Source: Candidatus Kuenenia stuttgartensis (lineage in GTDB: Bacteria > Planctomycetota > Brocadiia > Brocadiales > Brocadiaceae). Taken from it: a DNA stretch of 32,000 nucleotides. A program made the position numbers and the translations under genes. Within the stretch, counting starts at the first letter, position 1. Each line of letters starts with the position of its first letter. Shown piece by piece: positions 15,648 through 23,648 of the stretch. Location: contig NZ_LT934425.1 of the NCBI RefSeq assembly GCF_900232105.1, positions 2,370,001 through 2,402,000 of the forward strand. The letters run 5' to 3'. The notes under the pieces were generated by a model. It worked only from the letters and a program-made list of their open reading frames with translations. It was not told the origin of the DNA and ran no database searches.

Positions 15648-17749
15648 GGCTGAGATTTCTTTAAGTTGACGGCGCTGAATTTATATTCGGGCTGTTTTGA
15701 GTGGATGTCACAGATATTGTTTGTTACAAGATTAGCTAATCTGGCATCTTTATTGTTTATAGCGCCGCCGTAATGTATTGGCATAAAAATATTTCCCTGA
15801 AGCACACGGCCGGAAATCTGAGCGAAGCCTTTTGTCGTGCCGCGTGAAGAGGAAACTTCAACCTCATCTCCGTTTTGTATGCGTAGTTGTGCGGCATCGT
15901 GCGGATGAATCTCGACGAAGTTATCCGGTGCGCGTTGGTGTAAATAGGGAATACGTTTTGTCCGGACACCGGTGTTAAAATGCCATTGCTGGCGCCCGGT
16001 GATAAGAACAAAGGGATATATTTCGTTAATGGTTTCTTTTGGAGGGAGGTATTCGCGAGGCAGCAGGGCGGCGCGCCCATCGGCTCTGGGGAAATATCTG
16101 TCCGTGAACAGGCGAGGCGTTCCCGGATGATTCACATCCGGGCATGGCAGTTGAATACCCGTATTCCCGCGTAATCTTTCATACGTCACTCCGTTCATAT
16201 CGCAAATGCGGCCACTTGTTATTTGTTTAAACTCTCCGAAGACATCTTCCGGAGAAGAGTAGGGAAATTCCTTTTCAAAGCCCATCGCACGCGCAACAAG
16301 CCACAATATTTCGCAGTCCGGCTTCGCTTCTCCCGGCGGGTCGATTATTTTATCCGCCAGTTCGATGCGCCTCTCTGAAGAAATAAACGTGCCTGCCTTT
16401 TCGCACCACTGGGCGGCGGGCAATACTACGTCCGCGAGTTTGGTGGTTTCAGTGGGGTGAAAAATATCCTGAACAACAAGCATCTCCGCCTTTGATAACC
16501 CGTCTAAAATCCACTTTGTATTCGGCAGCGATGCGGCGGGATTTGCGGCAATGACCCAGAGGGCGCGTACGTCGCCCGAATGAAGGCCACTGACTATATC
16601 CATTATGGACCTGCCTGGAACCGGATGGAGTTTTTCTGTGGGAATGCCCCAGAAATCGGCTACTTCCTGCCGATGCTGTGGGTTTGCCACCATCCGCATG
16701 CCGGGCAAAAGATGTGATAATCCGCCAACCCAGCGGCAGCCGAGCGCATTGCATTCCCCGGTGATTGACAACGGCCCTGCGCCCGGTTTGCAAAAATTAT
16801 TTGTCAGAAGCCATAAATTATGCAATGTGTTATTTTTAAATACCGCCTGCGTGGAGTGGTTATATCCCTGGAACCAGAAAATGAGCATTGCCTTAGACCG
16901 GCCAACCATTCGCGCCGCATCAATGATAAGCTGTTCGGGGCATCCGGTGATTTCTGATGCTCTTGAAGGGGGGTATTCCTCTGAAAGTTCCTTAAGGTCC
17001 TTGATTCCTGATGCGTATTCCGCCACCTTTTCTTCGTTGACATACCCTTCTTTCAATAAAACATGGGCTATGGAGTTATTCAGCGCTACGTCCGTTCCGG
17101 GCCTAATCTGAAGATGAATATCCGCTATGCCGGTAGTTTCCGACCTGCGCGGGTCAACGACAATAACCTTTGCGTCGTTCTTTCTTTTCGACCTTGCTAC
17201 CCTTGCGAACAGGGCAGGCACAGAGATGGCCATATTATTGCCGGCAATGAAGAACAAATCTGCCTGTTCTATATCCGCATAGCATGCCGGAGGGGCGTCT
17301 GCGCCGATAGTCGACATAAAGCCCATTGCCGAACTTGCCATACACAGACGGGTGCTGGACTCGATATTGTTGGAGCCAATGCATCCTTTTATCAGTTTAT
17401 TCATGAGATAATACTCTTCCGTCGTACATGTTGCTCCGCTGTGAATGGCAATTGCTCCGGGACCATGTGTTTCTATGATTTCTTGAAAGCGGGAGGCGAC
17501 ATGGGTGATTGCTTCTTCCCAGGAAACAGGGGAGAGCTTTCCGTCCCGCCTGATCATTGGTTTTGTCAGTCTGTCCTCTGCGCAGAAAACGGGTACAGAG
17601 TTGGCGGGAAGGGTGCATATCATTCCATCGTTGGCCGGATGGCCTGGCATACCTTTAATTTCAATGATTTTCCCGTTTTCCACTCCGGCCATCAAACCGC
17701 AGCCGAAGCCGCAATAGGGGCATGTTGTTTTGTGCCATTGAATTGGCAT
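15641..17749 (-). CDS. Molybdopterin (bis-MGD) oxidoreductase, assimilatory nitrate reductase (NasA/NarB)-like catalytic subunit
   Basis: N-terminal 4Fe-4S motif TTCPYCGFGCG...NDGMIC. Mo-ligand context STRLCMASSAMGF, as in Nas/NarB. No Tat signal. I moved the start to ATG 17749 (MPIQWHK..., GGGAGA upstream) because the track ORF's N-terminal 67 aa overlap mnmG. Confidence 0.8.
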   Translation of the reverse strand: MPIQWHKTTCPYCGFGCGLMAGVENGKIIEIKGMPGHPANDGMICTLPANSVPVFCAEDRLTKPMIRRDGKLSPVSWEEAITHVASRFQEIIETHGPGAIAIHSGATCTTEEYYLMNKLIKGCIGSNNIESSTRLCMASSAMGFMSTIGADAPPACYADIEQADLFFIAGNNMAISVPALFARVARSKRKNDAKVIVVDPRRSETTGIADIHLQIRPGTDVALNNSIAHVLLKEGYVNEEKVAEYASGIKDLKELSEEYPPSRASEITGCPEQLIIDAARMVGRSKAMLIFWFQGYNHSTQAVFKNNTLHNLWLLTNNFCKPGAGPLSITGECNALGCRWVGGLSHLLPGMRMVANPQHRQEVADFWGIPTEKLHPVPGRSIMDIVSGLHSGDVRALWVIAANPAASLPNTKWILDGLSKAEMLVVQDIFHPTETTKLADVVLPAAQWCEKAGTFISSERRIELADKIIDPPGEAKPDCEILWLVARAMGFEKEFPYSSPEDVFGEFKQITSGRICDMNGVTYERLRGNTGIQLPCPDVNHPGTPRLFTDRYFPRADGRAALLPREYLPPKETINEIYPFVLITGRQQWHFNTGVRTKRIPYLHQRAPDNFVEIHPHDAAQLRIQNGDEVEVSSSRGTTKGFAQISGRVLQGNIFMPIHYGGAINNKDARLANLVTNNICDIHSKQPEYKFSAVNLKKSQPC

Positions 17750-17787
17750 AGTAATACGGTCTCCCTTGTTTTTATTTATTTCAATGA

Positions 17788-19602
17788 TTACGTTCTTGCT
17801 TTTTTTGCGAGGTAGATCATAAGGATTGAGATATCTGCCGGTGATACCCCCGAAATGCGTGAGGCTTGTCCTAAAGATAGTGGGCGTATCTGTGAAAGTT
17901 TTTGGCGTGCCTCTCTTCTTAATTCTGTAATGTGTGAATAGTCCAGCCAATCCGGAATCTTGTGGTTTTCCATCTTTTTGAATTTCTCTATTTGGCTGTA
18001 TTGGCGCTCTATATATCCCTTATATTTTATTTCAATCTCCACCTGTTCCTGCACATCTCCGGGCACGTTTTTTTCTGCAAGTTCGGAGTCTATTCCGAGA
18101 AGTTGATCAAACGTTTGTTCCGGGCGGCTGAGTATTTTTGCTAACGCGTCTTGCCCCGCCGTTTTATAATTCAGGTATGCAAGGGTTTCTGCAATGAGGC
18201 GTTCTTTTTCCTGTAATGTACTCCATTGCTGATCTGAAATGAGTCCGTATTTGTGCCCATATTTCATCAGTCGTCTGTCTGCGTTGTCCTGACGCAAAAG
18301 CAGGCGGTATTCCGCGCGGGAAGTAAACAGCCGGTATGGCTCCTCGGTGCCTTTTGTAACAAGATCGTCAATGAGTACTCCGATATATGCTTCTGAACGG
18401 TCAAGAATAAACGGCTCCTTTTCATGTATTTTCAGGGCGGCATTAATCCCGGCCATTATTCCCTGCGCAGCAGCTTCTTCGTAACCGGATGTGCCGTTGA
18501 TTTGTCCGGCAAGATAAAGATTCTCTACCGCTTTTGTTTCCAGAGATAGTTTCAACTGTGTAGGCGGCACGAAATCATATTCTATCGCATAGCCATATCG
18601 AACTATTTCCGCCGCTTCCAGCCCTTCAATGGAATGGACTATTCTTTCCTGCACGTCATGAGGCATACTTGTGGAAATGCCGTTACAGTATATTTCCAGT
18701 GTATCGAGTCCCTCCGGTTCCAGAAATATCTGATGCTGCAGTTTGTCTGGAAAACGCACGATTTTATCCTCCAGCGAGGGGCAATACCTTGGGCCGGTCG
18801 TACTAATTTGACCGGTATAAAGCGGGGCGCGATTAAGATTGGACATGACAATTTCATGTGTGGTCTGGTTTGTGTAGGTTATGTAACAGGGTACTTGTGC
18901 ACCGGATAATGTTTTTGTTGAAAATGAAAATGGCCGCGGATTTTCGTCGCCATGTTGTGGTTTAAGGTTTTTGTAGTTTATAGTGCGGCTGTTAAGACGG
19001 GGAGAAGTACCGGTTTTAAGTCTTTGTACTTCAAGCCCAAGGTCACGAAGGGACCCGGATAATCTTTCGGAAGAGAGTTCTCCGATCCTGCCGCCGCTCG
19101 TTATGTAGTTTCCGATGTGGATTACGCCTTTTAGAAATGTGCCCGTGGTAAGGATCACCGCCTTTGATTTGTATTGTAAACCACTCTGGCCGACAACGCC
19201 GGCGACCTTATTGTCTATGACAATAAGGCCGTCTGCAATTTCCTGTTTCATAAAAAGATTATCCTGGTGCTCCAATCTTTTTTTCATGGTTATCTGATAG
19301 GCTTTTTTATCGGCCTGGGCGCGTGGTGAATGTACTGCGGGGCCTTTTTTTGTGTTGAGCATGCGAAACTGAATACCCGTTGCATCAATCACCTGCGCCA
19401 TTTCTCCGCCCAATGCGTCGATTTCTCTCACGAGCTGCCCCTTGGCAATACCCCCGATTGCAGGATTGCAGGACATTTGTGCGACTGTATCGAGGTTTAT
19501 TGAGAGAAGGGCGGTATTCAGTCCCATGCGCGCCGAGGCTAAAGCGGCTTCGCATCCGGCATGTCCCGCGCCAACAACAATAACATCAAACTCCGTATGC
19601 AT
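17788..19602 (-). CDS. mnmG: tRNA uridine 5-carboxymethylaminomethyl modification enzyme MnmG (GidA)
   Basis: 604-aa ORF. FDVIVVGAGHAGCEAALASARMG is the FAD-binding N-terminus. Length and motifs throughout fit MnmG (GPRYCPS, YAIEYD, GQINGTSGYEEAAAQG). Confidence 0.95.
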   Translation of the reverse strand: MHTEFDVIVVGAGHAGCEAALASARMGLNTALLSINLDTVAQMSCNPAIGGIAKGQLVREIDALGGEMAQVIDATGIQFRMLNTKKGPAVHSPRAQADKKAYQITMKKRLEHQDNLFMKQEIADGLIVIDNKVAGVVGQSGLQYKSKAVILTTGTFLKGVIHIGNYITSGGRIGELSSERLSGSLRDLGLEVQRLKTGTSPRLNSRTINYKNLKPQHGDENPRPFSFSTKTLSGAQVPCYITYTNQTTHEIVMSNLNRAPLYTGQISTTGPRYCPSLEDKIVRFPDKLQHQIFLEPEGLDTLEIYCNGISTSMPHDVQERIVHSIEGLEAAEIVRYGYAIEYDFVPPTQLKLSLETKAVENLYLAGQINGTSGYEEAAAQGIMAGINAALKIHEKEPFILDRSEAYIGVLIDDLVTKGTEEPYRLFTSRAEYRLLLRQDNADRRLMKYGHKYGLISDQQWSTLQEKERLIAETLAYLNYKTAGQDALAKILSRPEQTFDQLLGIDSELAEKNVPGDVQEQVEIEIKYKGYIERQYSQIEKFKKMENHKIPDWLDYSHITELRREARQKLSQIRPLSLGQASRISGVSPADISILMIYLAKKART

Positions 19603-19605
19603 ATG

Positions 19606-21162
19606 TTATTTCGCGCGTTCTACAAAGCGTGTTTCCCGAATAACGGTAACAATAACCTCTCCCGGATATTCTAATTGTTTTTCTATTTCGTTTGCAATGT
19701 CGTAACACATCTTTGCCGCGGCCTTGTCGTTTACTTTATCCGGACAAACCATGATGCGGACTTCTCTTCCCGCCTGAATGGCATAAGCGCTTTCTACGCC
19801 GTTGAAAGAGGTTGCAATTCCCTCAAGTTTTTCAAGGCGCTTGATATATTTTTCCAACGTTTCTCTTCTTGCGCCGGGCCTTCCTGCAGAAATCGCATCT
19901 GCTGCGCTTACCAAAACAGTGTAAACAGATTCCACAGGCCTTTCCTCGTGATGTCCGCCAATTGCGTTAATCACTTCATTTCTTTCATCGTAACGCTTTG
20001 CAAGATCAGCGCCTACGAGAGCATGTGTCCCTTCGGATTCAGACCCGGTTGCCTTTCCAATATCGTGCAAAAGTCCACATCTTTTCGCAAGGGCAACATC
20101 TAGTTTCAATTCTCCAGCAAGGATGCCCATGAGATTCGCAACCTCTATTGAGTGTTTTAGTTGATTTTGCCCGTAACTGGTTCTGTATTTCAGCCTTCCG
20201 ACAAGTCTTATTAATTCCGGATGGATGTGGTGTACGCCAAGGTCGAAGCATGTTTGTTTTCCTGTTTCCATGATGACTTGTTCTATTTCCTTTTCCGTTT
20301 CTTTTACGATTTCTTCAATGTGGGCGGGGTGGATTCTTCCATCAACGATCAATTTTTCCATAGATTGCCGGGCAATTTCCCTGCGTACACAATCAAAACC
20401 GGAGAGGACAATTACTCCGGGAGTATCATCTACTATAACGTCGATACCAGTTGCTTTTTCGAAGGCGCGGATGTTTCTGCCTTCTCTTCCGATAATACGT
20501 CCCTTCATTTCGTTGTTGGGCAGTTCAATTGAGCTGACAATATTTTCTGCGGTATGAGAAGAGGCGCACCGTTGAATTGATGTGGTAATTAATGATAATG
20601 CCGTTTGTTCAGCATTTTCCTTTGCCTCTTCTATCTTTTTCGAGATTAATTCGGCGCATTTGATATCAAGTTCTCTTTCCAGCCTGGTCAGCAATAGTTT
20701 TTCCGCTTCATCCCTTGACATATTGGAAATTTTAAGGAGCGTGTTATTCTCTTCTTCTATGATTTTTTCCAGTTCTACGTTCTTTTCATCAACTTTTTTT
20801 TCTTTAATACCCAAATTAGTGGATAGTGTATCAAGGTGTTTTTCCTTTTTTGTTAATAACTCGACTTTTCGTTCAAGGTTGTCTTCTCTTTTGCTTAACC
20901 TTCTTTCCTGTTGTCTCAGCTCGATTTTTGTTTCTTGCATCTCTTTTTCTATTGCTTCTTTGCGTTGAAACAATTCGGCTTTTGCCGAGAGTTCGGCTTC
21001 TTTTTTTATTTTTTCAGCCTCTCTCTTTGAATCTTCAATAAGTTGCTGTACCTTCTTTTCCTTTGCAGCCTGTTTTTTTCTAATTACTGCAATGCAGATA
21101 AAATAGCCTATGGCAATACAAACAGGAAAAAGGAGATAACAAGGAAACTGATAGATTTGCAT
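19606..21162 (-). CDS. rny: Ribonuclease Y
   Basis: 518-aa ORF with an N-terminal transmembrane anchor, a long K/E-rich coiled coil, a KH domain (GRIIGREGRNIRAFEKATGIDVIVDDTPG) and an HD domain (HSIEVANL...LLHDIGKA). Confidence 0.95.
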   Translation of the reverse strand: MQIYQFPCYLLFPVCIAIGYFICIAVIRKKQAAKEKKVQQLIEDSKREAEKIKKEAELSAKAELFQRKEAIEKEMQETKIELRQQERRLSKREDNLERKVELLTKKEKHLDTLSTNLGIKEKKVDEKNVELEKIIEEENNTLLKISNMSRDEAEKLLLTRLERELDIKCAELISKKIEEAKENAEQTALSLITTSIQRCASSHTAENIVSSIELPNNEMKGRIIGREGRNIRAFEKATGIDVIVDDTPGVIVLSGFDCVRREIARQSMEKLIVDGRIHPAHIEEIVKETEKEIEQVIMETGKQTCFDLGVHHIHPELIRLVGRLKYRTSYGQNQLKHSIEVANLMGILAGELKLDVALAKRCGLLHDIGKATGSESEGTHALVGADLAKRYDERNEVINAIGGHHEERPVESVYTVLVSAADAISAGRPGARRETLEKYIKRLEKLEGIATSFNGVESAYAIQAGREVRIMVCPDKVNDKAAAKMCYDIANEIEKQLEYPGEVIVTVIRETRFVERAK

Positions 21163-21953
21163 TATATTTTTATGAGCAGATATATCGCGCCCATCCTCCG
21201 GGGAAAAAATGAAAACGTAATAGTGGTCGTACCAAACTATGGGAAAAACTACTTCTGAAGGTCGAAAAGCCTTTGCCGGAGAACGGCAAGACCTAAGGAT
21301 ATGCTACCGGGACCTAATGAGGAATGAAAAAGCGGGATACTATGTAATGTTATGTGCTATATTTTGATAAAATAATGCAACAGTGACAAACATATGAGAA
21401 AATACTTACCAAGATGCATTTCCGGCAAATTAACGTGAGGGATTAATTTTACCAGATTTTGTTATCTGTATATTTTTTCTTTTGGATCCATAAATATCAT
21501 ATTGGATGCTGACCGTTTTGTTAACAATAACATTAGAGAAATCCCAGTCAAAAATCGGATTAAACTTTCAGATTAATGAGAAGGTTGCTTTTCATATCCC
21601 CTGATTCCAACAATAATACATTGTATGACAAATAAAAATAACCCTTAGTGATTAAGCCTTTCAATCGTTCAACTATTTTTAAATAAGAAATAATAATGAA
21701 AATGCTACTAACTGGAAATGGATATTCTTTTGAGAAAAATTATAAAATTCCTTACGAAAATATAATTATAAGGGCAAGGTGTAACTCAATTTTGCATATT
21801 TCGCATCATTCATTAATAGTCCAAACTGCAATAATAATTTATCTTTTTTGCCAAGTCAAGCTAATTATATATCTAATATTAAAAGGTTTAAGTGTTATTG
21901 GGAAGGTTGTTAAAGATAATATTTTTGTGATTTTCTGATGCGGTCTTTGGCGC

Positions 21954-21982
21954 TTGACAAGCTTTTCGCTGTTCAGTATAAT
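21954..21982 (+). promoter_or_regulatory. Consensus sigma70-type promoter for the lipoyl-domain gene/holB unit
   Basis: TTGACA (21954-21959), an exact 17-nt spacer, then TATAAT (21977-21982). It lies about 70 nt upstream of ATG 22053, which is preceded by AGGAG. Confidence 0.55.
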
Positions 21983-22052
21983 CGCCTTCCTTTTAGGGAT
22001 TAAACTGATTTTTAAAAGCTTTTTTTGTCTCACGATTTTTAGGAGAATAACT

Positions 22053-22343
22053 ATGAAAGTTGATGTGGAATTGCCGGAAATAGAGGGTAATGGGGATGAG
22101 GCAACAGTTTCTTTTTGGTATGTGGATGAAGATGAGGCGGTTGAAGAAGGTGAAGATCTTGTTGAAATGATTACGGATAAGACGACCTTCAACATAAATG
22201 CACCAACTACCGGAAGGTTAGTTGAAATTCATGTACAAGAAGGTGATGTGGTAAAAGTAGGTGATATCTTAGCAACACTTGAGACGGAAGAAGAGGTGGA
22301 CGAAGACGAAGAGGAAAACGAGGATGAAGACGAAGAAGAATAG
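22053..22343 (+). CDS. Stand-alone lipoyl/biotinyl-attachment-domain protein with a poly-acidic C-terminal tail
   Basis: Start taken at ATG 22053 (AGGAGAATAACT upstream) within track ORF 21954..22343. VELPEIEGNGDEATVSFWYVDEDEAVEEGEDLVEMITDKTTFNINAPTTGRLVEIHVQEGDVVKVGDILATLE follows the lipoyl-domain pattern, with the modifiable Lys in a TDK context. The tail is EEEVDEDEEENEDEDEEE. Confidence 0.7.
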   Translation: MKVDVELPEIEGNGDEATVSFWYVDEDEAVEEGEDLVEMITDKTTFNINAPTTGRLVEIHVQEGDVVKVGDILATLETEEEVDEDEEENEDEDEEE

Positions 22344-22403
22344 TTGCGGCGATAAATGGACAATGGATAATTTTCAATTTCTTTGCCTTCATTTAAGGGT
22401 TTT

Positions 22404-23447
22404 ATGTCTTTTGCGAAAATAATTGGCCAGGAGCAGGTTTTATCTTTATTTAAAAATGCCCTTAAAAATGAACGTTTAGCGCATGCTTACATCTTTGCCG
22501 GGCAGGAAGGGATTGGCAAAATGTCGTTTGCAAGGGAGTTGGCAAAGAAGATATTTTGCCAATCGGGCAAAATCGACGGCGCGTGTGACAATTGCAATAT
22601 ATGTAAAAGGATTGATGCCGATAATTTTACGGATATCTTTTTTCTGTTACCAGAGAAAAACCATCGGGTAATTAAATTAGAACAATTAAAATATCTACAG
22701 GAAATTCTTTTTGTAAAACCTTTAGAATCAAAGCACAAAATTGTCATTGTCGAAGATGCGGACAAGATGAATGAGGAAGCCTCTAACTGCTTGCTGAAAA
22801 CATTAGAAGAACCGCCATTATATGCCATTATATTATTAATAGTAACTTCTTTGGAATCTGTCAGTGAAACGATAAAGTCAAGATGCCAGGTAGTGAGGTT
22901 CTCCCCGCTATCACTAAAAGCAATGGAGAATATACTCACTGACCGGTTCCAATTAGATAAACAACTGGCCGCACAACTTGCTTTAATCTCCGGTGGCAGC
23001 CTTAAAAGAGCTGCAATGTTTATGGAGGCAAACGCTCTGGAAAAGAAACATTGGCTTGCAGAAAAACTTTTTGAGGTAAGTTTGAAGGATAATCTGACCT
23101 TTTCCAAAGAGCTATTAAATGAATGGAATATACAGGACATGGAAGTGTTGGAGGAAAAAAGATCGCATGTAAAAGAACTCTTTTTGCTGTTTTTGATGTA
23201 TTACCGGGACATACTTATTTGTAAAGCAGGCGGGGAGCATTTTCTTCTCTATTACGATGACTGGAAGGATGCCTTGATAGCGAAAAGTAAATCTCTGTCA
23301 GAAAAGACCCTGTTTAAGATTTTAGAGAGAATAAAAACTTCTTTAAAGTATCTCGACTGTAATGCCAATATCAATTTATTGATTGAGAATATGATTACCG
23401 AGATACTTTACCTTCAATCTGACCCTAAGGCCTGGTTTGCGCAATAA
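22404..23447 (+). CDS. holB: DNA polymerase III subunit delta prime
   Basis: MSFAKIIGQEQVLSLFKNALKNERLAHAYIFAGQEGIGKMSFARELAKKIFC...CDNCNICKRI...LKTLEEPP matches the HolB AAA+ and zinc-module pattern. I prefer ATG 22404 to the track's TTG start at 22383. Confidence 0.85.
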   Translation: MSFAKIIGQEQVLSLFKNALKNERLAHAYIFAGQEGIGKMSFARELAKKIFCQSGKIDGACDNCNICKRIDADNFTDIFFLLPEKNHRVIKLEQLKYLQEILFVKPLESKHKIVIVEDADKMNEEASNCLLKTLEEPPLYAIILLIVTSLESVSETIKSRCQVVRFSPLSLKAMENILTDRFQLDKQLAAQLALISGGSLKRAAMFMEANALEKKHWLAEKLFEVSLKDNLTFSKELLNEWNIQDMEVLEEKRSHVKELFLLFLMYYRDILICKAGGEHFLLYYDDWKDALIAKSKSLSEKTLFKILERIKTSLKYLDCNANINLLIENMITEILYLQSDPKAWFAQ

Positions 23448-23648
23448 TTACGTTGCTGATAACAAGTTAGCTCACGGGAAAAGAATAATTACGCACCCCA
23501 TTATCCACCCTGCCGATGTTATGCGACAACATACAGACAAGTCTTTTCAGAAGGGAAATAAGCGAACATTCCTTTCTTAAACAAAATGCAAAACGTTGGT
23601 ACTCATTCACAATTACTGAACCGGGACAACATGGGATTGAGGTGAAAA

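Noticed and set aside
15757-17815. Plus- and minus-strand alternative ORFs inside the molybdoenzyme gene (250, 168, 114, 107 and 79 aa)
   Set aside because: They overlap a confidently assigned 702-aa CDS, and their products are Arg/Cys/Gly-rich nonsense typical of off-frame reading.
17750-17950. N-terminal 67 aa of track ORF 15641..17950 and N-terminal 42 aa of ORF 11632..13815
   Set aside because: These extensions overlap the 3' ends of the upstream genes (mnmG and REC-REC). The conserved domain starts (MPIQWHKTTCPYCG and MTKPFNILLVDD) follow internal ATGs that have SD-like sequences.
20221-21041. Plus-strand ORFs antisense to rny (128, 110, 103 and 71 aa; Ser/Phe-rich)
   Set aside because: They mirror the K/E-rich coiled-coil codons of RNase Y (AAG/GAA read backwards gives CTT/TTC), so they are artefacts.
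21696-21938. 80-aa ORF in the long A+T-rich gap
   Set aside because: It has Ile/Leu/Lys/Asn-rich composition driven by A+T content, has no SD, and overlaps another equally implausible antisense ORF.
22487-23140. 217-aa minus-strand ORF antisense to holB
   Set aside because: It lies entirely within the well-supported holB CDS and shows no motifs.
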